Positions 11,117 to 22,407 of a DNA stretch of 64,000 nt are shown here, piece by piece. Numbering within the stretch: the first letter of the stretch is position 1; each line of letters opens with the position of its first letter. The stretch covers positions 1-64,000 of the forward strand of contig CAWHHI010000004.1 in assembly GCA_963829055.1 (NCBI GenBank), given 5' to 3'. A program made the translations under genes and the position numbers. The notes below the pieces were generated by a model. It saw only the letters and a list, made by a program, of their open reading frames with translations, was not told the origin of the DNA and made no database searches. The stretch is from an uncultured Gemmatimonadaceae bacterium (GTDB lineage Bacteria > Gemmatimonadota > Gemmatimonadetes > Gemmatimonadales > Gemmatimonadaceae).

Positions 11117-12600
11117 GATGCCGTTGTCGCCGTTTCCCGGCTGGGGATGATCACCAGCACTTCGGCACCACCCTCGGCACGCCGTCCGAGCTTCACTTCG
11201 GCCGCGTTGCCGTAGAGTACGGCGAGGCGGGCCCGCGTGTTGGAAAGGCCGATGCCGGCGGTTGGCGCGTTAGGTATCGCGCTTTGCGGTCCCGGGCCGT
11301 CGTCCGTAACCGACAGGTACAACGAATCGCGCTCGCGCCAGGCTCGTACCATGATCTCGCCGGCGCCGATGCGCCCACCAAGGCCGTGCTTGATCGCGTT
11401 CTCGACCAGTGGCTGCAGCAGCAGCGCTGGGACCTCGACGTTCTGGACCTCGGGCGCGACCGTGATCGTCGCGCGGAGTCGTTCCGGGAAACGCTCGCGT
11501 TCGAGCGCGAGATACTGCTGGACGAACGCGATCTCCTCACGCAGCGGAACCATGCCGCGATTGGTCGCGGCCGGCGCGTCTGCGTCGTCTGCACCACGCA
11601 TGACATACCGAAGGAGATCGCCGAGGCCGGCCAGGACGCGTCGCGTTCCCTCGCCGTCTCCCCGACTCGCCATGACGGATGCGGTGTTGAGCGCGTTGAA
11701 CAGGAAGTGTGGGCGAAGCTGCGCGCGGAGCCCGGCGAGTCGGGCGACGGCGAGCTCGCCGCGTGCAGCGGCTTCCTGCGCCAATGCTGTTTGGGCGCGC
11801 CGATCGGCGTCCGAGAGATAGGCCACGCCCATCACCGTGATGTACGTCAGGACGTCGAGTGGCAGATACGCCGCGAACGCCCACGCTGCAGTCCCTGCGA
11901 GGGAGGACGTGCCTAACGGGATGAAGAGCAGGCGCGTCACGAGCGGCAGGACGACCGCGTGCGCGACCGCGATCGTCAGCACCGCCCCTCCGTGTGCGAG
12001 CAGGTCGCGCGATGAGATCCGGCCGTCGTCATGCGAGTGGCCGTTCCGCCACGCGCGCAGCAGCGCGGGCGTCACCGCAGCCCAGGCGACGAGCGTGATC
12101 AGCTGCCAGATGGTCGCCACCCACCACGCGAACGGCTGCGCGCGGGCGGTGAGCGTTGCGTACACTGGACCGTACCCCAGTGCCGCGCATCCCAGGACGA
12201 CGGCGCCGAGGAGGAACCGGCGGCCGACCGCGCCGGAACTGGCACGCATGACGACGCCGGTGCCAACGCCCGCGTACGCCGCGATCATGGTCGGGGCAAC
12301 GGCGATCAGCATGCCCCAGGATGCACCGGTCGGGTCACCTGACAAACGGCCGATCGCGTGCGCGAGTGGTAGTCCAAGTGCGGCCGCGATCGCGATGGCC
12401 CACCCGGGTGCGCGTCGCGGGATCGCGGTGACGAACGCGACGGTCATCAGGATCAGGAGCGGCCCCTGGCTTTCGGTCGCGGATCGATCGAGCCAACCGA
12501 CGATCAGGCCACCAGCGAGTGCGGCGAGCAGCCACAGCGTGGCGGTGGCTCGACTGCGTGTCGAGCCGGTCGGTGCGAGGGCTGAGAGGGAAGAGGTCAC
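11113..12600 (-). CDS. LytS/YehU-type membrane sensor histidine kinase
   Basis: Multiple TM segments, AQLRPHFLFNALN, LQPLVENAIKHG, DDGPG, GIGLSNTRARL. Confidence 0.95.
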   Translation of the reverse strand: MTSSLSALAPTGSTRSRATATLWLLAALAGGLIVGWLDRSATESQGPLLILMTVAFVTAIPRRAPGWAIAIAAALGLPLAHAIGRLSGDPTGASWGMLIAVAPTMIAAYAGVGTGVVMRASSGAVGRRFLLGAVVLGCAALGYGPVYATLTARAQPFAWWVATIWQLITLVAWAAVTPALLRAWRNGHSHDDGRISSRDLLAHGGAVLTIAVAHAVVLPLVTRLLFIPLGTSSLAGTAAWAFAAYLPLDVLTYITVMGVAYLSDADRRAQTALAQEAAARGELAVARLAGLRAQLRPHFLFNALNTASVMASRGDGEGTRRVLAGLGDLLRYVMRGADDADAPAATNRGMVPLREEIAFVQQYLALERERFPERLRATITVAPEVQNVEVPALLLQPLVENAIKHGLGGRIGAGEIMVRAWRERDSLYLSVTDDGPGPQSAIPNAPTAGIGLSNTRARLAVLYGNAAEVKLGRRAEGGAEVLVIIPSRETATTAS

Positions 12601-12680
12601 CCGGTCACGTTATGCGCTGCTGGCTCCGACGGCCACAGCCATGCAACGAGCGCAGCCCACGGGGCAATGAACGGCGCAGC

Positions 12681-13775
12681 TCAGCGATCCGCTCCCTCGA
12701 CTTCCTTGAGCAGCTCGATGAGGTAAGGCTTCCAGATCGCCGGCAACGAGTGTGTTCCGTGGCCCCGCGTGCGGTCGCTCGTGGGAATCAGGATGTACTT
12801 GCCGCGCTTCACGCGAGGCATGAGTCGCTCCATGAGGCCGAGCTCCGGGGGATTGACCACGTCGTCCGCGGAATTGATCGCCACGAGCGGCGCCTTGATC
12901 TTCTCGAGCGCGACCGACGGGTCGTAGTCGCGCGACGCCTCGTACTGGTAGAGGAAGTCGTTCGCGTCCGTGGTGCGCATCCGCTGATCCATGAAGCGGT
13001 CGATGATCGCGTTGGCGCTGTCGCGCGTCGGCGCGTCCTTGTGCTGCTGCAACGGACTGCTCGTCATGATCCAGAGAATCGTTAGGCCCGTCATGAGGCC
13101 GCGCGGCGGCGTCGTGTACTCGCCGTTCTTCCAGTCGGGATCCTCGCGAATCGCCTTGCTCACGATCTCGCGCATCATCCGGTTCCGGCCGGCGATCTGC
13201 GTCGGCGCGCTCGCGAGCGGCATGAGGCCATCCATGAAATCCGGATAGCGCTCGCCCCACATCCACGTGTGCATCGCGCCCATGGACGTGCCCATCACGA
13301 GCTTCAGATGATTGACCTTGAGGCCTTCGGTCACGAGGCGGTACTGCGCGGTGACCATGTCCTCGTAGCCATACCGCGGAAACTTCGCGTGGAGTCCTTC
13401 ACTCGGGCGGCTCGACTTTCCAGTGCCGATGCCGTCGGGCAGGATGATGAAGTGCGCGGTGGTGTCGAGCGGCTGGCCGGGCTGAAACAGCTCGCCGCCG
13501 AAGTTGCGCGACAGGAATCCGCGTCCGCTCCCGGTGGTGCCGTGGAGGATGAGGACGGCGTTCGTGACGACGCCGCGCGCGTCCTTCTTCGGCTGGCCGA
13601 GCGTGGTGTAGTGGATGCGGAGCACGGGCAGCGTGGACCCGTCGGTGAACTTGAAGTCCCGCATCTCGAAGTCGCCTTCGGTGCCGGCCGTCGGCGCGGT
13701 AGCCTGAGCGCGAGCGCCGAGAGGCGCGACGACGATCGCGAAGGCAACGGCGATTCGGGCGAATGCAGAGCGCAT
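12681..13775 (-). CDS. Signal-peptide-bearing alpha/beta hydrolase, homoserine acetyltransferase-like
   Basis: LILHGTTGSG, GTSMG nucleophile elbow, DDVVNPPE, RGHGTH. Confidence 0.85.
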   Translation of the reverse strand: MRSAFARIAVAFAIVVAPLGARAQATAPTAGTEGDFEMRDFKFTDGSTLPVLRIHYTTLGQPKKDARGVVTNAVLILHGTTGSGRGFLSRNFGGELFQPGQPLDTTAHFIILPDGIGTGKSSRPSEGLHAKFPRYGYEDMVTAQYRLVTEGLKVNHLKLVMGTSMGAMHTWMWGERYPDFMDGLMPLASAPTQIAGRNRMMREIVSKAIREDPDWKNGEYTTPPRGLMTGLTILWIMTSSPLQQHKDAPTRDSANAIIDRFMDQRMRTTDANDFLYQYEASRDYDPSVALEKIKAPLVAINSADDVVNPPELGLMERLMPRVKRGKYILIPTSDRTRGHGTHSLPAIWKPYLIELLKEVEGADR

Positions 13776-13801
13776 CACGGTCTGACCTCCATTGAGATAC
13801 G

Positions 13802-13939
13802 TGTCATTCCGAGCGGAGGCCGAAGGCCGGAGTCGAGGAATCGCGATCATACAGGTAGAGGGCTCTCTACCCAGCAGAGTCTCGATTCCTCGACTCGCTT
13901 CGCCTCGCTCGGAATGACAACTCGCCGCTCGGAATGACA
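13802..13939. repeat. Palindromic element family A, copy 1 (TGTCATTCCGAGCG...CGCTCGGAATGACA), right end duplicated
   Basis: Arms AGTCGAGGAATCG / CGATTCCTCGACT. Confidence 0.9.
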
Positions 13940-14452
13940 TCAGTTCTGCTCCACCTCCACGCGCGCGATGCGACCACCAACGTCCGCGATGCGCACGCGC
14001 GCGCCATTTCGCAGCCCACCCGTCCCCGGCGCCGTGCGACGATAGCCCACCGCCAGCGGTGAGCGATCGTACCGGTACCAGTGCGCCGTCGTGCCACTCT
14101 CCACGACCCAGCTCCGACCATCCGCGTCGCGATTGGACCCCGCCGGCGAGTCATAGACTACGCCCTCGACGTGCACGACGCTGCCTTCCGCGAGCGCCGA
14201 ACGGAGCTGACCGTGCTGTGCATAGAGCCCGCCACCGACGAGCAGCGCCCACGAAACGCCGAAGATGATAGCACTCGTCACGGCCGTACGCGCGACCGGC
14301 GACGTCACCGCGCGATGGCGCAGGTACGCGCCGAGCCCCACGCCAATCGCCGCGACGAGCAGTCCGACCGACGCGACAGGCCACGCCGGGAAGCCGACTC
14401 GAGCGGCGTCGTAGATGACCCGGTACTCGAAGTACGTGGCGGAGATGATCAC
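13940..14452 (-). CDS. Hypothetical protein with two TM helices
   Basis: Clean 170-aa ORF with two hydrophobic segments. Confidence 0.7.
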   Translation of the reverse strand: MIISATYFEYRVIYDAARVGFPAWPVASVGLLVAAIGVGLGAYLRHRAVTSPVARTAVTSAIIFGVSWALLVGGGLYAQHGQLRSALAEGSVVHVEGVVYDSPAGSNRDADGRSWVVESGTTAHWYRYDRSPLAVGYRRTAPGTGGLRNGARVRIADVGGRIARVEVEQN

Positions 14453-14582
14453 TGCGGATCACGGAGGGTGAGCGGCGGGACAGGAGCGTTCGCCTCACAA
14501 GCTGCATCGCGACGAACCGTCCGAGAAGGTCTCGCGACCCGACCCGCGCGACCTATCTTCTCGGCACCTCACCCGCGCCCTC

Positions 14583-17247
14583 GTGCTCCTGCGTCATCAG
14601 CTGGCCGCGTCCCTCACCGTTGCGCTCATCGCCGCGCCGAGCGCGACGGCGTTGGCACAACCGGGCGCGCCGTATCATGACGCGCGTCTGCCGACGGCCG
14701 AGCGCGTGCGCGACCTGCTCGGGCGGATGACGCTCGACGAGAAGTTCTGGCAGCTGTTCATGATTCCGGGCGATCTCGACGACCCGTCGCACGACTACTC
14801 GCACGGCGTGTTCGGGCTTCAGGTCGGACTGCGGTGATAACGTGCGTGCACCGGCTGCTCGCGCGCACGCCGCAGCGCATCAACGCGATCCAGCGCTACT
14901 TCGTCGATCGCACGCGGCTCGGCATCCCGATCATCCCGTTCGAGGAAGCGGTGCACGGCTTCGTGCGCGACGGCGCCACGATGTTCCCGCAGGCGATCGC
15001 GCTCGCGGCGACGTGGGACACGACGTCTCATGGCGCGAGTCGCGGGCGCGATCGCACGCGAGACGCGGTCGCGAGGCGTTCGGCAGGCGCTGTCGCCGGT
15101 GATCAACATCGCGAACGACGTGCGCTGGGGTCGCGTCGAGGAGACGTACGGCGAGGATCCGTATCTGACGTCGGTGATGGGCCGCGCGTTCATCGCGCCG
15201 TTCGAGCGCGCGGGCGTCATCGCGACGCCGAAGCACTTCGTCGCGAACGTCGGCGAGGGTGGGCGGGACAGCTATCCGATCGAGGTCAGCGAGCGGATGC
15301 TCGAGGAGCTGTTCTTTCCGCCGTTCAACGTCGCGATTCATGGCGCTGGCGCGCGCTCGGTGATGACCGCGTACAACTCCGTGGACGGGTCGCCGGCGAC
15401 GCAGAATCGCGAGCTGCTCAACGGGAAGCTGAAGGGCGATTGGGGCTTCAGCGGCTTCGTCATCTCCGACGCGGCGGCGACGGGCGGCGCGACGGTGCTG
15501 CACCACACCGAGGCGAGCACGGCGACGGCGACGAAGAACGCGCTCGAGGCCGGGCTCGACGTCATCTTCCAGTCGTCGTGGCCGCAGCATCGTCCGTATC
15601 TCGACGCGTTCGAGCGCGGCCTGATCGCCGATTCGGTGATCGACGCGCGCGTCAGCGCGCGTGCTGCACGCGAAGTTCGAGCTCGGGCTGTTCGAGCAGC
15701 CGTACGTCGACCCGGACAGCGCGGCGTACTGGAACGGGCACGCCGATCATCGCGCGCTGGCGCTCGAGGCGGCGCGCGCGTCGATCGTGTTGCTGCGGAA
15801 CGAGCGTCGGCACGTTGCCGCTCTCGCCGCGCACGCGCTCGATCGCCGTCATCGGCACCGACGCCGTCGGAAGCGCGGCTCGGCGGATACAGCGGGCCGG
15901 GGAATCGCCAAGGTGTCGATTCTCGACGGTATTCGCGCGAGGGTCGCGCGCGGAGGCGGTGTCGTTCGCTACGCGCCAGGGCCGGGTCGCATCACGCGGG
16001 ATCACGTCGTCGTTCCAGCGGCGCAACTCTCCTCGAGCGCACCGGACCGGCCGGCGCCCGGACTGCAGGCGAGTACTTCGACAACAATCGTCTGGCCGGC
16101 GCAGCCGCGCGTTAGGCGCGCCGACCCGCAGGTCGACTTCGGCTGGACGCTCAACTCGCCCGCGCGCGGGATTCCGTTCGACTGGTACTCGGTGCGCTGG
16201 ACGGGGACGCTCACCGTGCCGCCAGGCGGCGTGCGACGGATCGGCGTCGAAGGCAACGACGGCTATCGACTGTAGATCGACGACACGCTCGTGATCGACA
16301 ACTGGCGGAAGCAGTCGTACGGCACGCGCCTGGCGAACGTCGCGTTGCGCCCGGGCACCAGACACGCCATTCGCCTCGAGTACTTCGAGAGCACCGGCAA
16401 CGCGCGCGTGAAGCTCGTCTGGGACGCCGGCGTTCGCTGACGACTGGCGCGCGAAGATCGACAGCGCCGTCGCCGCTCGCTCGGCGGAGCGACGTCGCGG
16501 TCGTCGTCGCCGGGATCGAGGAAGGCGAGTTCCGCGATCGCGCGTCGCTCGCGCTGCCCGGACATCAGGAAGAGCTGATCGAGCGCGTCGCCGCGACCGG
16601 AAAGCCGACCGTCGTCGTGCTCGTCGGCGGAAGCGCGATCACGATGCCGTGGCTCGACGCGTCGGCGCCGTCGTCGACGCGTGGTATCCGGGCGAGGAAG
16701 GCGGCACACGCGGTCGCCGACGTGCTGTTCGGCGACGTCCAACCCGGCGGGCCGCCTGCCGATCACGTTCCCGATGGCCGAAGGACAGCTGCCGCTCGTC
16801 TACAACCACAAGCCGACGGGCCGCGGCGACGACTATCTCGATCTCACCGGCCAGCCGCTGTTTCCGTTCGGCTTCGGGCTGAGCTACACGACGTTCGAGT
16901 ACTCTGCACCTCGCGATCGACGCCCGATACGTTAGGCGTCGACAGGATCGGCGACGGTACGCTTCGCCGTGAAGAACACCGGGAGCGTCGCAGGCGACGA
17001 GGTCGTGCAGCTCTACATCCGCGACGTGCTGGCGTCCGTCGCGCGGCCGGTGATGCAGCTCGCCGGGTTCCAGCGCGTGCATCTCGCGCCGGGCGAGACG
17101 AAGAGTGTGACGTTCTCGCTCTCGACCGATCAGCTGCAGATGCTCGACCGCGACATGCACTGGGTCGTCGAGCCGGGCACGTTCCGCATCATGGTCGGCG
17201 CGTCGTCGAAGGACATTCGCCTGAGAGGCTTCCTGACCGTTCGATGA
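14583..17247 (+). CDS. GH3 beta-glucosidase/xylosidase with PA14 and Fn3-like domains, multiply frameshifted
   Basis: [74 protein letters not shown]. Confidence 0.9.
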
Positions 17248-18682
17248 CAGAACCCATCGAGGAGCTGATCCATCGCGTTGTCACGCGCCGCGAGTTCGCT
17301 CGGCTCGCAGCAACGGGGCTGGTCGCCGGTGGAACGACGGTCGGAGTCGCTGAGCACCTAACGCGCGACCCGCGAGCCCTCGCGTCACAATCACGGCGGC
17401 CCGTGCCGACACCCGCGCAGCTCGCAGTGGCAGCGCGACGAGCTCGCGCTCTTCCTCCATTTCGGCGTCAACACGTTCACCGACCGCGAGTGGGGCGACG
17501 GGACGGAGAGTCCGAGCATCTTCGCGCCCGCGGCGCTCGACGCACGCCAATGGGCACGCGCCGCGAAGGCCGCCGGTGTTCGCGGATGATGATCCTCACC
17601 GCCAAGCACCACGACGGCTTCTGCCTCTGGCCGTCCGCGACGACGAAGCACACCGTCGCGGCGAGTCCGTTTCGCGGCGGGAAGGGTGACGTCGTACGCG
17701 AGTTCGTCGACGCGTGTCGAGCGGAAGGCTTGAAAGCGGGACTCTATCTGCTCGCCGTGGGATCGGAACTCGCCCGTCTACGGCGACTCGCCGCGCTACA
17801 ACGATCTCTTCTGCGATCAGCTCACGGAGCTGCTCACGCGCTACGGTCGCATCGACGAGGTCTGGTTCGACGGCGCGAACGGCGAAGGGCCTAACGGGAA
17901 GAAGCAGACGTACGATTGGCCGAGATTCTGGGCACTCGTCAGGCGACTGCAGCCGCAACGCCGTGATGTTCTCCGACGCGGGTCCGGACATTCGCTGGAT
18001 CGGGAACGAGCGCGGCGTGGCGGGTGACACGAACTGGTCGACGATGAATCCGGATGCGGTCCCATACCCGGGCGCGGACGGTCCGCAGATCATCACGGCG
18101 CTGCAGAACGGCGACCCCGACGGAACTGTGTGGCGTCCTGGTGAGACGGACGTCTCGATTCGGCCAGGTTGGTTCTATCATCCGGCCGAGGATGCGCGCG
18201 TGAAGACGGTGGATGAACTCGTCGAGCTGTACTTCACGTCGGTCGGGCGCAACTCGAAGTTGCTGCTGAACGTTCCGCCGACGCGCGCGGGTCTGCTGCA
18301 CGAGACCGATGTCGAGCGGCTCACGGGAATGCGGCGGAGCCTCACGTCGTTGTTCCGGAACGATCTCGCGAGCAATGCCGTCCGGCGATGCCCGCCCTCT
18401 GGCGATGGGTCATCGGTGTGCGAGATCGATCTCGGGCGTACGACGCCGATCTCGATCATCGAGTTGAGCGAGGATATCACAGCTGGTCAGACGGTCTCGA
18501 GCTACCGGATCGAGGACGCGAGGGTGACGGCGTTGGGTCAGCCGCGGCTGATCGCGACGGGCACGACGATCGGCTACCGGAGACTCATTCGGGTTCCGTC
18601 GACGACCGGAGTGCAGGTGCTGCGGCTTTCGGTTCGTTCAGTGGTCCCGACCCCGCCGCGCGTCCGGGTTCGGGTTTTTTGA
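17244..18682 (+). CDS. GH29 alpha-L-fucosidase with probable Tat signal, frameshifted
   Basis: [77 protein letters not shown]. Confidence 0.9.
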
Positions 18683-18706
18683 GGAGTGACGGCGCAGGGC
18701 GAAGTC

Positions 18707-18849
18707 GTCATTCCGAGCGGCTGTCATTCCGAGCGGAGCCGCGAAGCGGCGCAGTCGAGGAATCGCGATGGTCCCGATAGAGGGGCTCGTCTGACCGTAT
18801 GATCAGCGATTCCTCGACTCGCGCCTTCGGCGCTCCGCTCGGAATGACA
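18707..18849. repeat. Palindromic element family A, copy 2, left end duplicated
   Basis: gtcattccgagcgg-ctgtcattccgagcgg...gtcgaggaatcgc...gcgattcctcgact...cgctcggaatgaca. Confidence 0.9.
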
Positions 18850-18931
18850 GTCCACGTTCAGACTGGCGTCAGGTTGCCCGTATATTCATTAAAGCAGAGA
18901 CGTTACGCCCACACACGAAGGAGAACACCGG

Positions 18932-19645
18932 GTGCGGATTCTGCTTGCCGAGGATGATCGCCAGCTCCGTGAATCGATCGCGCGTGGACTGCGCGAGGCG
19001 TCCTACGCCGTCGATGACGCGCCCGACGGCGGCAAGGCTGTCTTTCTCGCCGCCGTGAACGAATACGACGCCATCATTCTCGACGTCGTCATGCCCGTCC
19101 GCGATGGCGTCGATGTCTGCCGCGAGATCCGCCGCAAAGGCGTCCACGCGCCAGTGCTCATGCTCACCGCCCGCGACACCGTCGACGACAAGATCAAAGG
19201 TCTCGACGCCGGCGCCGACGACTACCTCACCAAGCCGTTCGACTTCGGCGAGCTGCTCGCCCGCCTCCGCGCACTCGTCAGGCGACGCGGTGACGTCCTC
19301 CCGGAACAGCTGTCCGTCGCCGATCTTGTGGTGGACACACAGCGGCACGTCGCGCGACGCGGCCAGCGCGAGATCGTGCTCACGGCGAAGGAGTACTCGC
19401 TCCTCGAGCACCTCGTCCGCAACGCCGGCCGCATTGTCACGCGCTCCGAGATCAACGCACACGTCTGGGATGACAACCACGATCCGTTCTCGAACCTCAT
19501 CGATGTCTACGTGAGCCGCCTGCGCCGGAAGGTGGACGGGGGCGAACGCGTCGCGCTCATATCGACGCGACGCGGCGTCGGCTACATGCTCGCTGCCCCC
19601 GTCACCGGACCCTCCGCCTCCGCGTCACGACGCGTCGGCGCGTGA
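18932..19645 (+). CDS. OmpR-family response regulator (CusR/CzcR-like)
   Basis: MRILLAEDD, GLDAGADDYLTKPF, SNLIDVYVSRLRRKVD, TRRGVGY. Confidence 0.95.
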   Translation: MRILLAEDDRQLRESIARGLREASYAVDDAPDGGKAVFLAAVNEYDAIILDVVMPVRDGVDVCREIRRKGVHAPVLMLTARDTVDDKIKGLDAGADDYLTKPFDFGELLARLRALVRRRGDVLPEQLSVADLVVDTQRHVARRGQREIVLTAKEYSLLEHLVRNAGRIVTRSEINAHVWDDNHDPFSNLIDVYVSRLRRKVDGGERVALISTRRGVGYMLAAPVTGPSASASRRVGA

Positions 19646-19667
19646 TCACCATTGACGTGACCATCTG

Positions 19668-21194
19668 ATGCGCTGGCCGCAGTCGCTCCGCGCGCGGCTC
19701 ACGCTCTGGTACACCCTCGTGCTCGGCGCGCCACTCGTGGCGTTCGCTGGCGCGTCGTTTCTCGTGCTCGACCGCGCGCTCCTCCACCGCGCCGATTCGT
19801 TCCTCGACGAGACCCTCGGCGCATTCACCACCGAGCTCGTGAGCGAGCAGCAGGAGGAATCGACGGCGGCGGCCGCGATTCAGGCATCGCTCAAGGACGT
19901 GCAGTTCCGCGATGTCCGACTCGCCGTTTTCGACACCACAGGCGTGCTCGTCACCGCGGGCACGGTGGACACGAGCGCGCGTTATGCACTCAAGCATCCG
20001 GTCGATCTCGCCGGAGTCGGCAGCGAGCTGCATCGTCGCGTTGGGTCGAGCCGCGACACGTTCACGATCGCGCCAGGCGAGCGGGCATACCGCGTTGCCG
20101 CAGAGCCGGCCACGGTGTTCGGGAAGCGCTACATCGTCGCCGCGGCGTACCCGTTGCACGGCAATCGCGAAACGCTCGAGGCAGTCGGTGCCTCGTACTT
20201 CATCGCCATTCCGCTGCTGCTCCTCATCGCGTCCGTCGGCGGCTACTTCCTCGCGGGACGAAGTCTCTCACCGGTCGCGGCAATGAGCGCGCGTGCCGCT
20301 GAGATCAGCTCGAAGAACTTGAACGAGCGTCTGCCCGTCGGCGAGCGTGGGGACGAGCTTGGTAGATTGGCGCTCGTCGTCAACAGCCTGCTCGAGCGGC
20401 TCGAGCAGGCGTTCGCACAGCAGCGTCGCTTCATGGCGGACGCGTCGCACGAGCTGCGTACGCCAATCGCCATCCTCCGCACGGAAGCGGACGTCACGCT
20501 CTCGCGCCCGCACAGAAGCGAGGCGGAGTATCGCGAATCGGTCGCCGTGCTACGCGACTCTGCGCAACGCCTCGGGCGCATCGTGGACGACCTCTTTCTC
20601 CTCGCGCGCGCGGACGCAGGTCATCTTCCGCTTCGTCGAGAGCCGCTCTACCTCGAGGAGATCGTGGACGACTCGGCCCGCGCGGTACGCGCGCTGGCGC
20701 ACGAGCGCGGCGTGCGCGTCGAGCTCATGCCGCTCGAGGAGTCGCCGTTCGACGGCGACGCCGATCTGCTCGGTCGGGTGCTCCTCAACCTGCTCGACAA
20801 CGCCATCAAGCACTCGCCGTCCGGCGGAACGGTGACGCTCGCGCTCACGCGCCGCGCACACGAATACCACATCACCGTCGCCGACACGGGACCGGGCATC
20901 CCACGCGAGGCGCAATCGCAGATCTTCGAGCGCTTCTTCCGCGCCGACAAGACGCGCTCGCGCGAAGGAGCCGGCGACACGAGCGGCGCCGGCCTCGGAC
21001 TCGCGATCGGACGCTGGATCACGGAAGCACATGGCGGCCGACTGGAGCTCGTTAGGTCGGGGCCTCAGGGAACGGAGTTCCGCGTGTCGCTGCCCGCGCC
21101 AGGCGATGCCTCGCCCGTGACTGCGCAGGAATTGCCGCGCACGGACGAGCACGAAGGGCTGACCTCCGCCTCCTTTCCGACACCACTCCACTGA
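19668..21194 (+). CDS. HAMP-domain sensor histidine kinase
   Basis: ADASHELRTP, NLLDNAIKHS, DTGPGI, FERFFRAD, GAGLGLAI. Confidence 0.95.
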   Translation: MRWPQSLRARLTLWYTLVLGAPLVAFAGASFLVLDRALLHRADSFLDETLGAFTTELVSEQQEESTAAAAIQASLKDVQFRDVRLAVFDTTGVLVTAGTVDTSARYALKHPVDLAGVGSELHRRVGSSRDTFTIAPGERAYRVAAEPATVFGKRYIVAAAYPLHGNRETLEAVGASYFIAIPLLLLIASVGGYFLAGRSLSPVAAMSARAAEISSKNLNERLPVGERGDELGRLALVVNSLLERLEQAFAQQRRFMADASHELRTPIAILRTEADVTLSRPHRSEAEYRESVAVLRDSAQRLGRIVDDLFLLARADAGHLPLRREPLYLEEIVDDSARAVRALAHERGVRVELMPLEESPFDGDADLLGRVLLNLLDNAIKHSPSGGTVTLALTRRAHEYHITVADTGPGIPREAQSQIFERFFRADKTRSREGAGDTSGAGLGLAIGRWITEAHGGRLELVRSGPQGTEFRVSLPAPGDASPVTAQELPRTDEHEGLTSASFPTPLH

Positions 21195-22407
21195 GCGCTC
21201 GCTTCCGCGCCGCCGCCCTGGCCGCGGCGTGCCTAACGCACGCGGTGCGTCTCGGTGCGCAGCAGAGCCTGCCGCTCTCCCGTCAGGCTGCGGTCGCGAG
21301 CGCTGTCGAGCGCGGCGGCCGCCTCAGACTCGCGGGCGCGGATACGGCGACTGCCGCGGCACTGCTTCGCGTTGCCGGTACGTTCGAGAACCCGGTCGTG
21401 AGCGCCGAGTACACGAAGTCTGCCCCGCGGTACCACCTGACGCTCGAGCTGCCGTTCGACTACCCGTGGCTCCGCCAGACGCGGATCGCGGCCGCCGAGG
21501 CGTCGCGATCAGCGGCGCAGTTCCGCTATGCATTCGAGCGGGCGGCTGTCGCACTGGACGCGGACACCACCTACACACGCGCGCTCGCCGCCGAGGCGAA
21601 GCTCCGGCTCTCGCGCCGTAACGCGATCGACGCCGACAGCCTCCGGCGCATCGCCATCGCGCGACGCGACGCCGGTGACGCGAGCGATCTCGACGTCGAG
21701 CTTGCGACGGTGAGCGCTGGCCAGCAGGCGAACGTCGCGGCGGGTGACTCGCTCACGCTCGATCTCGACGCTGCTCGATCTTCAAACGGTGATTGGCCTC
21801 TCACGACGAGGCGAGCTCGACTCTCACGGATTCGTTGGTGGCCCCGGCCGATTCGATCGTCGCGCGGTCCGGACAACCGCTGCCGATCGCTGCCGCGGAG
21901 GCCGCGCTCCGCTCCGCGTCACTGGGCGTGCGCCTCCAGAAGCGTAGCCTGTTCGCCGCGACGTCCATCACCGGTGGGTTCGAGACCCATGACCCTTCCC
22001 GTGATGAGCCAGGGGTTCTGCCCGTCGTCGGGTTCTCGATTCCGTTTCCGCTCTTCAATCGCAACAGCGCGCAGATCGCGGTGGCGCAGGCCGAGCAGTA
22101 TCGCGCGCAGGCCGAACGGGACGTGGCCATTCTCGAGACGCGCGCCAGCATTGCACGCACGGCGCGCGAACGAGCAACCGCGCTCGCGAACGTCGCGCGC
22201 GACCAGACGCTCGTGGCCAGCGCGAACCGAGTCGCGGCGTTGTCTTTGACGGCGTATCGTGAAGGTGCGGCGCCGCTCGCCACGGCCATCGAGGCGCAGC
22301 GCAACGCGCGCGAGATTCTCTCCCAGTACATCGACGACCTCGCGGCCGCATGGATCGCCACGGCTGCGTTGCGCGTCCGCACGCTCACTACCGGGACTTC
22401 ACCATGA
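21191..22407 (+). CDS. TolC/CzcC-family outer membrane efflux protein, frameshifted; start uncertain
   Basis: ORFs 21245-22249 and 21793-22407 join; ARRDAGDASDLDV, SIPFPLFNRN, AYREGAA. Confidence 0.8.

Noticed and set aside
12681..13940. N-terminal extensions of ORFs 12681-13940 and 44135-45238
   Set aside because: They are read-through of family A palindromes; signal peptides indicate downstream starts at 13775 and 44833
16272..16274. In-frame TAG in the GH3 PA14 domain (YRL*IDD) as stop-codon recoding
   Set aside because: Single case, one substitution away from TGG or TAC; TAG terminates many genes in this window
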